Source of the DNA: a virus | Lineage: Duplodnaviria > Heunggongvirae > Uroviricota > Caudoviricetes | Direction: 5' to 3' (one strand) | IMG/VR virus record: IMGVR_UViG_637000261_000005 | DNA length: 33,575 nt | In this document: one piece after another, positions 18,697 to 27,092 of the stretch | How the letters are laid out: every line of letters begins with the position of its first letter | Numbering within the stretch: the first letter of the stretch is position 1 | Position numbers and translations under genes: made by a program | Notes under the pieces: generated by a model | Told to the model about the DNA's origin: nothing | Databases searched by the model: none | What the model saw: only the letters and a program-made list of their open reading frames with translations

Positions 18697-19274
18697 TGCG
18701 GGCCTCCTGTCGAATCGCTGCCACCTTTAACGCCACCGTGTTTATGCGTATGCACTGTGATGCCGTTTGAGGTGAAATTGCCGCCGCTGTGCGTGATATT
18801 GCCGCTCATCTTTCCCCCTTTTGTGACGTCAAGCGTCGCCGTTCTCAGAAGGTCTGTGCATTCCACGACGGGCGTATCCAGTGTCACGCTGACGGATGCC
18901 TGCAGGGTGGCTGTTTTCATGCCGCTGGCGCTCAGTGCGCCTGCGTCCGCGTCGTAGCGGAACACCGCGCCATCCGGCGCGCTGACCACGATTTCTTTCA
19001 GGCTTTTGCCGGGGGCCGGAATGGCATCACTCCACAGGCTGCCAATTATCATGGCGGTTTCCGGGTTGCCGCCAATGCAGGCAATTACCACCTGTTCGCC
19101 TGGTGATGGCGGCAGCCACACATTGAAGGCTCCCGCGCGAGAGGTGTTCCAGCGCAGCCAACCTGTTTCCAGTTCGCCGCTGCGAACGCGCACGCGCCAG
19201 GACTTCTCATCAACTTCAGAGATGATCCCGGTGCGGATGATATTGCTCAGTAGCCGCATGAGTTCTGCGCTCAC
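18693..19274 (-). CDS. V: Baseplate spike/assembly protein V (P2 gpV-like)
   Basis: 193-aa ORF with Gly-rich C-terminal tail, preceding W. Confidence 0.8.
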   Translation of the reverse strand: MSAELMRLLSNIIRTGIISEVDEKSWRVRVRSGELETGWLRWNTSRAGAFNVWLPPSPGEQVVIACIGGNPETAMIIGSLWSDAIPAPGKSLKEIVVSAPDGAVFRYDADAGALSASGMKTATLQASVSVTLDTPVVECTDLLRTATLDVTKGGKMSGNITHSGGNFTSNGITVHTHKHGGVKGGSDSTGGPQ

Positions 19275-19915
19275 CGTACAGCCTCCGCAATCCGGCCCAG
19301 CACCGTGTTATAAATCAGGCGCTCATCTGCCTGGCTGATACCCAGCAGCTCACGTACCGGGTAATCGGTGAAAATGCCCGGCGCAACCTGATCGCGCTCA
19401 CCGAACTGATGAACGCGTGCAATACGTGCGGCCACGCCGCTGTAACCCACCGTCACACCGGAAGCATCTGCACGGGCTTTCAGGTAGCGGGCGGTGCGCA
19501 GTTTTACGAACATGGGGACGCGCTTTGTGCTGTCCTGGTTGATGCGCCGGGTGCGTATTTCCAGAAAGCGGTCGATGTCATCCCGGTAAAACGTGCGGAT
19601 GCTGTTTTTATCCTCATCCCACCCGGTGATGGTTCGCCCGTATTTCCCCGTGTCGTGATGCCAGTTTTTCAGCGTGCGTGCTTCGTTATTCCAGATAAAG
19701 CGAATGCGCTCCTGTATCCGGGTTACGTGGCGTCTGCGTGGTGTCCATGCGGTCCCGTCCGGCGCTTTCTGTGGCCGGATACGTGCCTGCTGGGCGCGGC
19801 GTAAATCCTGTGCCAGCTTTCTGGCGATGTTATTGATGGCCTGCTGATTCAGGCTGTCGCGGATGGCCTCAAAGGTTTCATCCACGCGAGTGAATGCCTT
19901 ATCCATCGCTTTCAC
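19271..19915 (-). CDS. S: Tail completion / virion morphogenesis protein (gpS-like; longer than the ~150 aa I recall for P2 S)
   Basis: 214-aa ORF between R and V. Confidence 0.65.
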   Translation of the reverse strand: MKAMDKAFTRVDETFEAIRDSLNQQAINNIARKLAQDLRRAQQARIRPQKAPDGTAWTPRRRHVTRIQERIRFIWNNEARTLKNWHHDTGKYGRTITGWDEDKNSIRTFYRDDIDRFLEIRTRRINQDSTKRVPMFVKLRTARYLKARADASGVTVGYSGVAARIARVHQFGERDQVAPGIFTDYPVRELLGISQADERLIYNTVLGRIAEAVR

Positions 19916-20366
19916 CCCACGTCACATCCTGGAATACATGCGACCAGTCGCCTTCGGAAGATGGCAGGCGGGGTTTTGGCTCCAGCAGGTGTTCTGCCTG
20001 CGGTGTGCCCTGACTGCTGCGCGTGATGCGAACGCGTTCCCGCAGGGGGAGCGTAAACAGGAGATCGGCGCTGTCATCGTCATTGATAACGGCGGAAAAT
20101 TTGATGTCCTGATTACGCTCAGGGTTGAGCAACAACTGTGGCTGATTTTCGGATAACCACGCCAGCAGCGGCAGCGTGAGGTCGTCCAGCTCCCCGGCGT
20201 AATCCATGACAAACATCACCATCTGATAGCGGTAAACAAACGATGGGGTTTCTCCGGTCGTTTCAATGTTGCCGCTCTCCACGAAAATGGTGAATTTTTC
20301 CGGGTTAGCCTGACACCATCGGCATGAACGGGTCATGGCTTCACGCAGGGAATCAGTTTTCAGCAT
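19899..20366 (-). CDS. R: Tail completion protein R (P2 gpR-like)
   Basis: 155-aa ORF after the spanin genes. Confidence 0.75.
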   Translation of the reverse strand: MLKTDSLREAMTRSCRWCQANPEKFTIFVESGNIETTGETPSFVYRYQMVMFVMDYAGELDDLTLPLLAWLSENQPQLLLNPERNQDIKFSAVINDDDSADLLFTLPLRERVRITRSSQGTPQAEHLLEPKPRLPSSEGDWSHVFQDVTWGESDG

Positions 20367-20643
20367 GGTTGTTATCCTCGTTGTTCAGTCGTTGCAGCCT
20401 GCGCTGTTCCAGTAATTCAATGGCCCGTTTATCCGCGTTACAGGTTTCCAGTGCATCCAGAAGGCGGTCGCCCCATATACCGAGATTTCCCCATGTGGGA
20501 GTGTCAGGGAAGGGGGGAGGCGTTACCGGTATGGTCAGCGTCTGCGGTATAAGCCGGACTGACGGCGCTGGCAGTGGCGCGTTCTGCGTGCCTGCGCAGC
20601 CTGTCAGTAAAACGAGCGTCAGGCAAAGCGTGGGCGCATTCAT
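20353..20643 (-). CDS. lysC: o-spanin lipoprotein (LysC/Rz1-like), overlapping the 3' end of the i-spanin gene
   Basis: MNAPTLCLTLVLLTGCAG... signal peptide with LTGC lipobox, Pro-rich mature part; embedded arrangement. Confidence 0.7.
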   Translation of the reverse strand: MNAPTLCLTLVLLTGCAGTQNAPLPAPSVRLIPQTLTIPVTPPPFPDTPTWGNLGIWGDRLLDALETCNADKRAIELLEQRRLQRLNNEDNNHAEN

Positions 20644-20911
20644 CTTTTGCAATATCGTTGCGTAGCTGTTCACGTCTTACCTCTCCGTCCTGATTGCGTT
20701 GCTGATTTTCCACGCGGAGTTGCGCCAGCACCTGCTGCATATCCTGTACCCCGGCGCTGATGATATTCAGGGTGTCGGCGGTACTTTTCAGGGTGCTGGC
20801 CTGCGCTTCGTTTCTGGCGTTCTCCCGGCCCAGCGACCACGACAGACGCATGGATGTTCCCCATCCGGCAGTCAGAAGGAAAGCGACGCCAAGCGTGGGC
20901 CAGAGCTTCAT
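20504..20911 (-). CDS. lysB: i-spanin (LysB/Rz-like)
   Basis: ATG at 20909-20911 overlapping the endolysin stop (ATGA); N-terminal TM segment then coiled-coil-like region. Confidence 0.7.
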   Translation of the reverse strand: MKLWPTLGVAFLLTAGWGTSMRLSWSLGRENARNEAQASTLKSTADTLNIISAGVQDMQQVLAQLRVENQQRNQDGEVRREQLRNDIAKDECAHALPDARFTDRLRRHAERATASAVSPAYTADADHTGNASPLP

Positions 20912-21300
20912 GCCGGATAGGCTCCGTGTGGTAACTGAAAATGCGGTCCGTCTTTCAGGGTCTTCCAGTCGCCGCCCCATTCCACCGGAATATTCAGTTC
21001 CCGGCTGGCCTGTCTGAATGCTGCTGCGATTTTTTCGTACAGCGGCCATTCCCATGACATCTGGCTGCCGATATAAGCCACAACATCCACGGCATGCCCC
21101 GTAAGGTGGCGGCTGTTCATGGTCTGGCTCTTACCCGTGGCCACCAGTTGCTTCTGGCGGTAACGGCTGCGCAACCCTTCGGTGATACCAAAATCCACTT
21201 CCGAGATTTCCAGTGCCCGTCGGGTCACTTTCACCAGATCAGGATTTACACCCTGCAAATTCTTTTCGCTCCGGCTGCTGAATTTAAATGTGTTGCTCAT
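20908..21300 (-). CDS. Endolysin, zinc peptidase M15 family
   Basis: SRHLTGHAVDV and DGPHFQL motifs (His/Asp zinc ligands) typical of M15 peptidoglycan peptidases; position after the holin. Confidence 0.75.
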   Translation of the reverse strand: MSNTFKFSSRSEKNLQGVNPDLVKVTRRALEISEVDFGITEGLRSRYRQKQLVATGKSQTMNSRHLTGHAVDVVAYIGSQMSWEWPLYEKIAAAFRQASRELNIPVEWGGDWKTLKDGPHFQLPHGAYPA

Positions 21301-21620
21301 TCGTCCTTCTCCTTCACCCTGCGATTAAAGGCCGCAATAACCTTGTCGCGTGCTTTCTCTGCACCCATAAAACCGATTGATGCGCCGATAAACGTCACGG
21401 CATCTTCAGGAAACCCGAAGAAGCGCAACGACCCGGCCACGGCCATGGCAAGAACGCCGCACGCCAGCGATCCCGTTACGGTCTGAACCAGTGTTCGTCC
21501 GTCATAAAGGCTCATCAGCGCGGAAATGCTGACCGCCGCGCCTACTGCATACACCGTTGGCAGGTGGTCAAAGAGCCACGCAATAACCTGCTCTGTGATC
21601 CCTGTTTGAATGGTGCTCAC
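21297..21620 (-). CDS. Holin; GTG start at 21618-21620
   Basis: GGGGGGAG RBS then GTG; ~107 aa with hydrophobic helices and charged C-terminus (NRRVKEKDE); between X and endolysin. The ORF-track frame extends upstream to 21839. Confidence 0.7.
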   Translation of the reverse strand: MSTIQTGITEQVIAWLFDHLPTVYAVGAAVSISALMSLYDGRTLVQTVTGSLACGVLAMAVAGSLRFFGFPEDAVTFIGASIGFMGAEKARDKVIAAFNRRVKEKDE

Positions 21621-21622
21621 TG

Positions 21623-21823
21623 CTACTCCCCCCACAACTGAATCATTTCTCGTTTCTTCTTCTCCGGCTCCGGCATCTCCACTTCCTGCCCGGCGTCCAG
21701 AAATACCTGCTGACAGAGTCCGGGGTTGGCATCCAGCACCTTTTCGGTGACGCCCTGCGTCGTGCCGTAGTACCGGAAACAGAGCGAATCCACGGTGTCG
21801 CCTTCCAGTGCCTTCACTTTCAT
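21623..21823 (-). CDS. X: Tail protein X (P2 gpX-like, LysM-like)
   Basis: MKVKALEGDTVDSLCFRYYG...ANPGL... resembles P2 gpX; ATG at 21821-21823. Confidence 0.75.
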   Translation of the reverse strand: MKVKALEGDTVDSLCFRYYGTTQGVTEKVLDANPGLCQQVFLDAGQEVEMPEPEKKKREMIQLWGE

Positions 21824-22326
21824 CAGCACAACTCCGCAAAGATTCGCGGGCGGCACAGAATGTCAGAGATGGCCCAGCTCACATCACGCCACAAATCCGA
21901 TGTCTGTATATCCAGAGCGTCTGCCCGGCGGTCGCCCTTGTCCGTAGTGTCTGCATCACGATAACGCTCCAGAATCAGGGCGCGCGTGGCGGTATAAACA
22001 GCATTGCGCCAGTGCCAGAGATTGACGCTTTCTCCGTTAATTACGGGTGCCGGAACATCGGCCAGCGTCTGATGGCCAGCTGCCTGCTGTTCCTGCTGCC
22101 ATGCTTCCAGCTCGCGGGTAACGTGTGCCACAGCCCCGGTGGCAGTATGCAGCAGGCGGGAGGTGGTCACGCGCCCCGGCAGTCGTACCGCCAGACGCAG
22201 CTCGCGCAGCACAATATCCGGCCAGAATGCACCCGCTGAAATGCGGGTATCGCCATCATCGGTATCGGTGATGTCGTCCTCTGCGGGTCCGGGTTCAGTT
22301 CTGGCAACTATAGTCATGGGGTTCAC
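21823..22326 (-). CDS. L: Head completion protein (P2 gpL-like)
   Basis: 167-aa ORF between M and X; start GTG 22326 or ATG 22317. Confidence 0.75.
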   Translation of the reverse strand: MNPMTIVARTEPGPAEDDITDTDDGDTRISAGAFWPDIVLRELRLAVRLPGRVTTSRLLHTATGAVAHVTRELEAWQQEQQAAGHQTLADVPAPVINGESVNLWHWRNAVYTATRALILERYRDADTTDKGDRRADALDIQTSDLWRDVSWAISDILCRPRIFAELC

Positions 22327-22349
22327 TCCTGAAAAAAAATCGGCGGTGG

Positions 22350-22395
22350 GTGCGCGGTGTAAACGGTCACGGAGTCAAACTGGAACACCGCGCAC
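22350..22395. other. Perfect 11-bp stem hairpin in the L-M intergenic region
   Basis: GTGCGCGGTGT (22350-22360) and ACACCGCGCAC (22385-22395) with 24-nt loop; a smaller palindrome CTGACGGGTCAG follows. Confidence 0.3.
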
Positions 22396-22482
22396 GCCGC
22401 CCGCTGACGGGTCAGTCGTTAACCGCGCTTCGCCTTCTGCGTCGCGGTGGTTTTTCGTGTTGCAGGCTTCCGCGTTGTCTTT

Positions 22483-23229
22483 TTACTTTTGCTGCTTTTT
22501 GCTGCTTTCGTCCTGCGCCTGCTGTGCGCTGGCGTCTTCTGGTTCGGCTGCGGAATCGGCTTTTTTCAGGGCGCGGGAAAGGGTTGCAATCTCGCGTTTC
22601 ACACCTGCGTTCGGGTTCAGGTGCATTGCTTCGCGCAGCAGCTTCAGTGACAGGGCCATGCTGTCCGCATCACTCAGGCCACGGCGGGCAAAGGCGCACG
22701 CTTTGCATAATTTGGCGCGCACTTCGTCCGGCATGTCCTGGTCGGTGACAATCTCCCGGAGGGTGTCCAGTGGTTCGATAAAGGCGGACAAATCCGCGTC
22801 GGCATCCGTCCCGGCCTGCGTCAGTACCGGATTACAGATTTCTTCGGTCAGTACCGTGGCAGCAGTACGGCCAAAGTTATCCGGCATGATGAGGTTGTGA
22901 CGGACTACATACGCGCCGATACGCAGCGCAAGCGGAAGATCGCCACAGTCAATCGCCCACACCATCAGCGTGGCAATCACTTCATCCTGCTGCCCGCCGT
23001 CAGCCTCCAGCGTTCCCTCAATCCAGCCGGAAAAATCCGGCAACAACTCTTTTTTGATGGCGGCTTTCGCGCTTCTGGCCTGTACGCCCTTAAGCCGGGC
23101 CTGTGCCAGACGCAGACGATACAGCACCTCTTCATGCGCGGTACGCGCGGCGTGGTCCACGCCTTCATTCGCCCGGCCTGCGCGCTGTGCCATCACGTTC
23201 TGCCAGTGTTGTTGTGCAGGAGTAATCAT
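22483..23229 (-). CDS. M: Terminase small/endonuclease subunit (P2 gpM-like)
   Basis: 248-aa ORF with acidic Lys-rich C-terminus, between N and L. Confidence 0.8.
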   Translation of the reverse strand: MITPAQQHWQNVMAQRAGRANEGVDHAARTAHEEVLYRLRLAQARLKGVQARSAKAAIKKELLPDFSGWIEGTLEADGGQQDEVIATLMVWAIDCGDLPLALRIGAYVVRHNLIMPDNFGRTAATVLTEEICNPVLTQAGTDADADLSAFIEPLDTLREIVTDQDMPDEVRAKLCKACAFARRGLSDADSMALSLKLLREAMHLNPNAGVKREIATLSRALKKADSAAEPEDASAQQAQDESSKKQQK

Positions 23230-23274
23230 TTTTGCTCTCCGTTACAGGCGGGCATGATGCCCGCCGTGAGTTGA

Positions 23275-24326
23275 TTAGCTGTCGGCGAACTTCAGGCCAG
23301 TAACCATCGCGCACTTGCCATAGTCTTCAACGACATAAGCGTCATTGATGGACTGGTAGGTGGCGATGCGGTTGTATTCCGGCTCGTCTTTCATCAGGCG
23401 ACGCATTGAACCTTTCTGCCAGTAAATCGACAGGTTGTTGAACGAGGTGATCAGCATCGTTGCATCCGGGAAGAACGGCGCAAGGAACACGCCCAGCCCG
23501 CCAATGGTGCGCGATGACAGGATGAGCTGCCCGGCGAGTAATTCCGCATTGGGATTCTGGCCGCTGATGCTGTTCAGCACGGGCAGACGCAGCGAGTTAA
23601 ACAGGTTGCGCCCCATAATCACCACGAGGTCGTCAGCTTCCTTGTGCCATTCATCCAGCAGGGATGAACGCGCGTCCTGTACCAGTGCATCAGCGTTCGC
23701 ATACTTACCCGCGTGCGCCACGGTGTTGTCCATGTTGCGGGAGGTCAGCGTCACGTCATTCATAACGCGTTCGCTGGCGTCGGTTCTGATGTGCTCCAGC
23801 CAGCCCACGTTAACGTCCTGAAGCAGCTTGTTGGTGCTGAAGTTGGACTCATCCGCGTGAGACGTGCCGTTGAAACCGATCATGATGCGGTCAAGCGCCA
23901 CCTGTCGGGCAATCTGTGCGCTGATGCGGGACTGAAAATCAGGGTGTGCCGACCAGGCATCAAGCTGCGGATACGAAATAAACGTGTCGTAGTTCACCTG
24001 TTCACACTGATATTTGCGGTTTTTCAGATCAACCACGTTATTCGGGTTACGGCGTTTTGTGCCGTCATAACTGGTATTCGTGCGCGCAATCGGTCCTGTG
24101 GTATCCAGGAGGATTTTTTCGCCTTTCTGGTCGGTCACGCCGATCACGTTATTTTTTTCGTAAATTCGGTACTTTCCTTTGAGGTGTTTTCAAAACGCTG
24201 CTGCACCGCGGGTTCCACGGTAAATCGCGACACCAGTGCAGATACCGGGATATTATTAAGCGACACCTGCTGCGCCATATAGCAACCCAGCTTGTTGCGG
24301 GTAATATCTGACATCACCAGATTCAT
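23275..24326 (-). pseudogene. N: Major capsid protein (P2 gpN-like) with a frameshift near 24148-24158
   Basis: N-terminal 60 codons (...RFTVEPAVQQRFENTSKESTEFTKKIT-stop) and the 290-aa body (NNVIGVTDQKGEKILL...) are in different frames, joined at an A/T homopolymer (T7 at 24152-24158); one added base restores ...EFTKKINVIGVT.... Confidence 0.8.
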
Positions 24327-24349
24327 AAAAAATTTGCTCCTTTGTCTAA

Positions 24350-25186
24350 TCAGAAGTCGGCCAGCTGGTCGGAGGCTGCGCCCGTTGCGGTGAAGCGGTT
24401 CTGCGGATCGCCGTCCTGCGTGCGCAGTTTTTCCTTCAGTGCTGCCAGCTCTGTGGTCAGTGACGTAATTTTCTGGCGGTCCTGCTGATGGCGGGTTTCC
24501 AGCACATTAAAACGGTCGATAATGTCGGCCTGTGACGTTGCGACGCCTTCCACCGCTTCCTGAATACGGGAAAAACTGGCGTCATCCGCTTTGCGGCCAC
24601 GGCCAATAATCCCCATTACGCGGTTAAACCACTGGGTGCCTTCTTCCTGGCGTTGTTCTGCCATTTCGATGATTTCAGACTCGATGGCTTCGGAGATAAG
24701 CGGCGCTTCACCCTGGATACTGTTAAACGTCATCACCGCCTGACGTTGCTGTGCCGTGAATTTCAGGCGCTCAGTGCCCAGGCTTGCCGGGGTGTCGGTC
24801 ATCGCCAGCCCGACCAGATAGGCGCGCCCGTTAACGGAGAACTGCGGGTGCAGTTCGATACTGGAATAGATTTTCTTGCCGTCCGCAACAAGCTGCTTCA
24901 TGCGCTCGGTCGGTTCGATTTCTGCATACAGCGCAGTACGTCCGGCCAGCGGACCTTCCGTAATCTCTTCCGTACTCAGTGCGGTGACATCGCCCATTGC
25001 GGAAAATTCGCTTGACGGGCATGGCGAGAGATAGTGCTCAACGTTCACGCGGGCAGCGTAAACATCCGGGTTGAAGTTCTCGGCGGCTTCACGCAGATGC
25101 ACCGGACTGATTTCACGGCCATCAACAGTTGATCCGGAGACAGCCACGCGAAACTTTTTGCGGGATGTCTTTTTTTCATTAGCCAT
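24350..25186 (-). CDS. O: Capsid scaffold protein (P2 gpO-like); ATG 25184-25186 preferred, alternative upstream start at 25219
   Basis: MANEKKTSRKKFRVAVSGSTVDGREI... resembles gpO N-terminus; precedes N. Confidence 0.8.
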   Translation of the reverse strand: MANEKKTSRKKFRVAVSGSTVDGREISPVHLREAAENFNPDVYAARVNVEHYLSPCPSSEFSAMGDVTALSTEEITEGPLAGRTALYAEIEPTERMKQLVADGKKIYSSIELHPQFSVNGRAYLVGLAMTDTPASLGTERLKFTAQQRQAVMTFNSIQGEAPLISEAIESEIIEMAEQRQEEGTQWFNRVMGIIGRGRKADDASFSRIQEAVEGVATSQADIIDRFNVLETRHQQDRQKITSLTTELAALKEKLRTQDGDPQNRFTATGAASDQLADF

Positions 25187-25254
25187 AGTTTTTGCCCCTC
25201 TGACTGGTTCTTCAGTCATGATGGCAAAGCGTAACAGGCTGATACAAAGGGCTT

Positions 25255-25278
25255 TTGTTGTAAGAAAACGGCCAGAAC
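25255..25278 (+). promoter_or_regulatory. Candidate activator-dependent late promoter element upstream of P, in the divergent O/P region
   Basis: TTGTTGT-N12-AGAAC, same motif and flanking CTTTTGTTGT as upstream of FI (6585-6608). Confidence 0.35.
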
Positions 25279-25340
25279 AGAGGGTTAAGGAGAACAGTTT
25301 CGCGCGCGGGTAATCTTCCTGTAATTACTCAGGGGGAGCA

Positions 25341-27092
25341 ATGATTCAGGACGCTTTTGTGCGCCAGCGTGCGCGGCAACTTTACTGGCAGGGTTATCCG
25401 CCCGCAGAAATATCACGTCTGATGGGAATAAACCCGAACACGATTTATGCGTGGAAAAAACGTGACCAGTGGGATGAAACGCCACCCGGGCAGCGTGTCA
25501 CGCAGTCCATCGATGCGCGCCTCATCCAGCTTACTGAAAAACAGAATAAAACAGGCGGTGACTTTAAGGAAATAGACCTGCTGACCCGGCAGCTTAAAAA
25601 GCTGCATGATGGCCAGCCGGATGTGATGGCCGCAGGAAAGAAAGGCCGGGCGAAAAAACTCAAAAATCATTTCACGCCGGAACAGATTGCCGCACTGCGG
25701 GAAAAAATCATCAGCAGGCTGGAGTGGCATCAGCGGGGCTGGTTTGACTCCCTGACCCTTTGCAGGGAAGCCGGGATACGTAACAGGATGATCCTGAAAT
25801 CCCGACAGATTGGGGCGACCTGGTATTTTGCACAGGAAGCACTGCTGATGGCGCTGCGTGACGATGTGGCGCAACCTTACCAGCGTAACCAGATTTTTTT
25901 GTCTGCGTCGCGTCGTCAGGCGTTCCAGTTTAAAAGCATTATTCAGAAGGCCGCGGCTGAAGTTGATGTGGAGCTGAAAGGGGGCGATAAAATCATCCTC
26001 TCCAACGGCGCAGAGCTGCATTTTCTCGGCACTTCTGCTGCGTCGGCACAGTCCTATACGGGCAATTTTTATTTTGATGAATTTTTCTGGGTCAGTCGCT
26101 TTGCTGAACTGCGCAAGGTGGCTGGCGCTATGGCAACCCTCAGCGGACTGCGGCGCACCTACTTCTCCACGCCATCCACCGAAACGCACGAGGCATACGC
26201 CTACTGGAACGGCGACCGCTGGAACGAGAAAAAGGCCTCGCATAAACGCCAGCGTTTTTCTGTGGACTGGAAAACGCTGCATAACGGGCTTATCTGCCCT
26301 GACCGGACGTGGCGGCAAATTGTCACGCTGGAAGATGTGGTTAATCACGGCTGGAAACACACCGATATCGACGAAATTCGTGATGAAAACACCGAAGACG
26401 AGTTCCTCAATCTCTATATGTGTGAGTTTGTCCGCGAAGGGGAATCGGCATTTAACCTGAATATCCTGATTGGCTGCGGCGTTGACGGATACGACGACTG
26501 GAAAGACTGGAAACCTTTTGCTCCCCGCCCGATGGGGAATCGTCCGGTATGGATTGGGTATGACGCAAACGGCAGCAGTGGCAACGGCGACAGCGGCGCT
26601 GTGTCCGTGGTGGTTCCTCCGTCTGTTCCTGGTGGCCGTTTTCGAACGGTGGAGACGCGACGCGTTCAGGGGCTGGAGTTTGAAGAACAGGCCAGAGTCA
26701 TTGAAGAGTTCACGTGTCGCTACAACGTGGAACACATCGGCATTGATGTGACGGGCGGGAACGGGGAGGCTGTTTATCAGATAGTGAAACGGTTTTTCCC
26801 TGCCGCTATTCCGTACACCTTCACGCTGTCATCAAAACGGTCGCTGGTACTGAAAATGCTGCAAATAATGCGTGCCGGGCGGTGGGAATACGATCGCGCC
26901 GAACGCGAGCTGGTCGCGGCCTTTAACGCCGTGCGTAAGGTGAAAACACCGGGCGGCTTTATCACTTACGAAACGGACCGAGCGAGGGGGATCAGCCACG
27001 GCGACCTTGCGTGGGCAACCATGCTTGCTGTCATTAACGAACCGATTGGCGGCGAAGGAGAAAACGAGCGTTTCACGGTTATGGAGTTCTGA
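25341..27092 (+). CDS. P: Terminase large (ATPase) subunit (P2 gpP-like)
   Basis: 583-aa ORF with AGGGGGAG RBS; conserved terminase blocks. Confidence 0.9.
   Translation: MIQDAFVRQRARQLYWQGYPPAEISRLMGINPNTIYAWKKRDQWDETPPGQRVTQSIDARLIQLTEKQNKTGGDFKEIDLLTRQLKKLHDGQPDVMAAGKKGRAKKLKNHFTPEQIAALREKIISRLEWHQRGWFDSLTLCREAGIRNRMILKSRQIGATWYFAQEALLMALRDDVAQPYQRNQIFLSASRRQAFQFKSIIQKAAAEVDVELKGGDKIILSNGAELHFLGTSAASAQSYTGNFYFDEFFWVSRFAELRKVAGAMATLSGLRRTYFSTPSTETHEAYAYWNGDRWNEKKASHKRQRFSVDWKTLHNGLICPDRTWRQIVTLEDVVNHGWKHTDIDEIRDENTEDEFLNLYMCEFVREGESAFNLNILIGCGVDGYDDWKDWKPFAPRPMGNRPVWIGYDANGSSGNGDSGAVSVVVPPSVPGGRFRTVETRRVQGLEFEEQARVIEEFTCRYNVEHIGIDVTGGNGEAVYQIVKRFFPAAIPYTFTLSSKRSLVLKMLQIMRAGRWEYDRAERELVAAFNAVRKVKTPGGFITYETDRARGISHGDLAWATMLAVINEPIGGEGENERFTVMEF

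Noticed and set aside
22139-22900. 253-aa plus-strand ORF spanning the L-M region
   Set aside because: Crosses the L-M intergenic spacer antisense to both genes; low-complexity Ser/Ala/Arg-rich product.
25413-26735. 440-aa minus-strand ORF antisense to terminase gene P
   Set aside because: Antisense artefact of a GC-rich conserved gene; no RBS; terminase homology on the plus strand is strong.
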